DNA from: an uncultured bacterium | Lineage (GTDB): Bacteria; Krumholzibacteriota; Krumholzibacteriia; Krumholzibacteriales; Krumholzibacteriaceae | DNA: 64,000 nucleotides | Direction: 5' to 3' | NCBI GenBank assembly: GCA_963786935.1 | Contig: CAWBAN010000001.1 | Coordinates: forward strand, 96,001 to 160,000 | Part shown: one piece after another, positions 62,106 through 64,000 of the stretch | Position numbering within the stretch: the first letter of the stretch is position 1 | Layout: the number at the start of each line of letters is the position of its first letter | Program-made: the position numbers and the translations under genes | Notes under the pieces: generated by a model | Seen by the model: the letters and a program-made list of their open reading frames with translations, nothing else | Told to the model about the DNA's origin: nothing | Databases searched by the model: none

Positions 62106-62387
62106 GTGATCGTCGCGAGCCTCAGGATACAGTTTCTCCTGCCCGGCTGTGCCTCTCTCAAGCAGAAGCGATTTGTTCTCAACAGCGTCAAGGCGAAGCT
62201 CCGCAACCGGTTCAACGTGAGCGTGTGCGAAAATGACTTTCAGGATAAATGGCAGCGGAGCGAGCTCGCCGTCGCCGCGGTCGCGACGGACCGGCGGGGA
62301 GCGGAGACGATCGCGCGTCAGGTCCTCGATTTTCTCGAGCTCGAGAGCCGGATCGTGCTCTGCGATTGCGAGCGGGAATTCTACTGA
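62106..62387 (+). CDS. DUF503 (YlxP-like) protein
   Basis: SLKQKR, RFNVSVCE, QDKWQRS. Confidence 0.92.
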   Translation: MIVASLRIQFLLPGCASLKQKRFVLNSVKAKLRNRFNVSVCENDFQDKWQRSELAVAAVATDRRGAETIARQVLDFLELESRIVLCDCEREFY

Positions 62388-62414
62388 GCGCCCGGGGGCG
62401 CGTCCGGAGTCGGC

Positions 62415-62807
62415 ATGAGCGAGAAGCACAAAGCGCGCATCGAGGACGAGATTATGGCGCTCGTCGCCGAGCTGATCCTGCGGCGGGTCAAGGACCCGCG
62501 CGTGGCGAACGTCTCGATCACGCGCGTCGAGGCGGCGAAGGACTATTCGACCGCGAAGATCTTCTACAACGTCATCGGCGGGGCGGGCGACCCCGCGGCC
62601 GTCCAGCAGGGGCTCGTGAGCTGCTCGCGATTTCTTCGCGGGCAGATCGGCAGGCGCCTGCGGCTCCGCGTCGTCCCGGAGCTCATCTTCCGCTACGACG
62701 TCTCGCTCGACCGGGCGATGAAGATCGACGAGCTCATCGAGAAGATCCACCGCGAAAACGATGATCGCGCGAAGGACGGCGGCGAGGAGGAGTCCGGGGA
62801 TGCGTGA
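62415..62807 (+). CDS. rbfA: ribosome-binding factor A
   Basis: VKDPRV, ITRVE, LRVVPELIFRYD. Confidence 0.93.
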   Translation: MSEKHKARIEDEIMALVAELILRRVKDPRVANVSITRVEAAKDYSTAKIFYNVIGGAGDPAAVQQGLVSCSRFLRGQIGRRLRLRVVPELIFRYDVSLDRAMKIDELIEKIHRENDDRAKDGGEEESGDA

Positions 62808-63810
62808 AGAACGGTTCGAGCGCGAGTTCGCCGAAATCGCCGCGCTCGTCGAGACGCGCCGGCGATGCCTCCTGTTCGGGCATATCGATCCGGACGGCGA
62901 CTGCATCGGCTCGATGCTCGCGCTCGCCGCGTACCTCCGGGGGCGGGGGAAGGAAGTCGCCTGCTTCACCCCCGGCGAGATGGCGGAGATGTACCTCGAT
63001 CTCCCGCTCGCCGCGCTCTTCCTGCGCGAGGAGGATCTCGCCGCGTTCAAGGCGGATCTGATATTCGCGCTCGATTCGCCGACGACCGCCCGGACGGCGG
63101 ATCTCGTGACGCACGGCAACGGTATTCCCGTCGTCAACATCGACCACCACCCGACGAACGAGCGATACGGCGACATCAACGTCGTCGACGATCGCGCGAG
63201 CGCGGCGGCGATCCTCGTGTACCGGTTCCTCGCCGCGACCGCGCCGGAGAGCATCACGCCGGAGATGGCCGATTACCTCTACCTCGGCGTGCTCATGGAC
63301 ACCGGGGGCTTCAGGTTCAGGAACACGAACGCGGAGGCGCTCGCCACGGCGGCGCGCTTCGTCGAGCTCGGGGCGCGGGCCCACGAGCTCGCCCACGACT
63401 TCATCTACGTGAAGAAGCTCTCCACGCTCAAGCTGCTCGCGCGCGCCCTCGACGACCTCGAGGTGTACGAGGGGGGGCGCATCGCCGCCATGCGCATCTC
63501 GCGCGGGATGCTCGCGGCCGCGGGAGCGGCGATGAGCGACACGGAAGGGTTCGTCGACTACGCCGCCTCCATCGACGACGTCGAGCTGGCCGCGCTCTTC
63601 CGCGAGCTCGGCGGCGGCGAGGTGCGGGTGAGCCTCCGCTCGCGCAACGATCACAACGTCGCCTCGCTCGCCGAGACGTTCGGCGGCGGGGGGCACCGCA
63701 ACGCCGCGGGGCTCACGATCCGCGCGGATCTCGCGACGGCCGTGTCGACCATCGTCGGCGCCCTCGGCGGGATGCTGCGGGCGGCGGACGGCGCGAGGAA
63801 ACACCCATGA
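62800..63810 (+). CDS. nrnA: DHH family phosphoesterase (NrnA-like)
   Basis: HIDPDGDCIGS, IDHH, DTGGF, GGGGHRNAAG. Confidence 0.9.
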   Translation: MREERFEREFAEIAALVETRRRCLLFGHIDPDGDCIGSMLALAAYLRGRGKEVACFTPGEMAEMYLDLPLAALFLREEDLAAFKADLIFALDSPTTARTADLVTHGNGIPVVNIDHHPTNERYGDINVVDDRASAAAILVYRFLAATAPESITPEMADYLYLGVLMDTGGFRFRNTNAEALATAARFVELGARAHELAHDFIYVKKLSTLKLLARALDDLEVYEGGRIAAMRISRGMLAAAGAAMSDTEGFVDYAASIDDVELAALFRELGGGEVRVSLRSRNDHNVASLAETFGGGGHRNAAGLTIRADLATAVSTIVGALGGMLRAADGARKHP

Positions 63811-64000
63811 CGGACGCGCGCGCGAAACTGAACAACCGGGTGATCCCGGTCGCGAAATCGGCCGGCAATTCGACCTACGACTGCGTGCGCCTCTTCAAGC
63901 GCGCCATCCGCCTCGACAAGGTGGGGCACGCGGGAAGCCTCGATCCGCAGGCGATCGGCCTCATCCTCATTCTCACCGGCGAGGCGACGAAGCTCTCGAA
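63807..64000 (+). CDS. truB: tRNA pseudouridine(55) synthase (3' truncated by window)
   Basis: Hand translation: MTDARAKLNNRVIPVAKSAGNSTYDCV...KVGHAGSLDPQAIGLILILTGEATKLS. Confidence 0.9.
   Translation, partial: MTDARAKLNNRVIPVAKSAGNSTYDCVRLFKRAIRLDKVGHAGSLDPQAIGLILILTGEATKLS

Overview
64 kb of high-GC bacterial chromosome from a diderm. SprA, GWxTD proteins and the Kdo/Lpt genes point to an FCB-related lineage such as Krumholzibacteriota/Latescibacterota (inference). Layout: (1) DUF2344 domain and rng, then a ~15.7 kb accessory block of ~22 small, often exported or membrane genes that separates rng from rplU-rpmA; (2) split class I fumarase, kdsB-pyrG-kdsA, an inserted BrnT/BrnA toxin-antitoxin pair, and kdsD; (3) a long run of lpxL-like, lptC, lptB, rpoN, lipA, hpf, hprK, mannose-family PTS IIA/B/C/D, ptsH, ptsI, pgi/pmi, nucleotidyltransferase, metK and ahcY; (4) a minus-strand lptF-lptG-GWxTD x3 operon, divergent from a ~2,170-aa SprA-like outer-membrane protein and an M28 peptidase; (5) rimP-nusA-infB-DUF503-rbfA-DHH-truB. 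No rRNA, tRNA, CRISPR or transposase was recognised. Seven single-base frameshifts in six genes look like sequencing indels. The best candidate for an undescribed system is the lptFG-coupled triple GWxTD locus facing sprA, in a window whose lptC-lptB pair lacks lptA. Other highlights are a composite promoter (10-bp phased repeats, sigma54 box, sigma70) ahead of the rpoN operon, promoter-like motifs written into rare codons, a histone-like tail on fumarase, and a soluble DUF2723-like protein.
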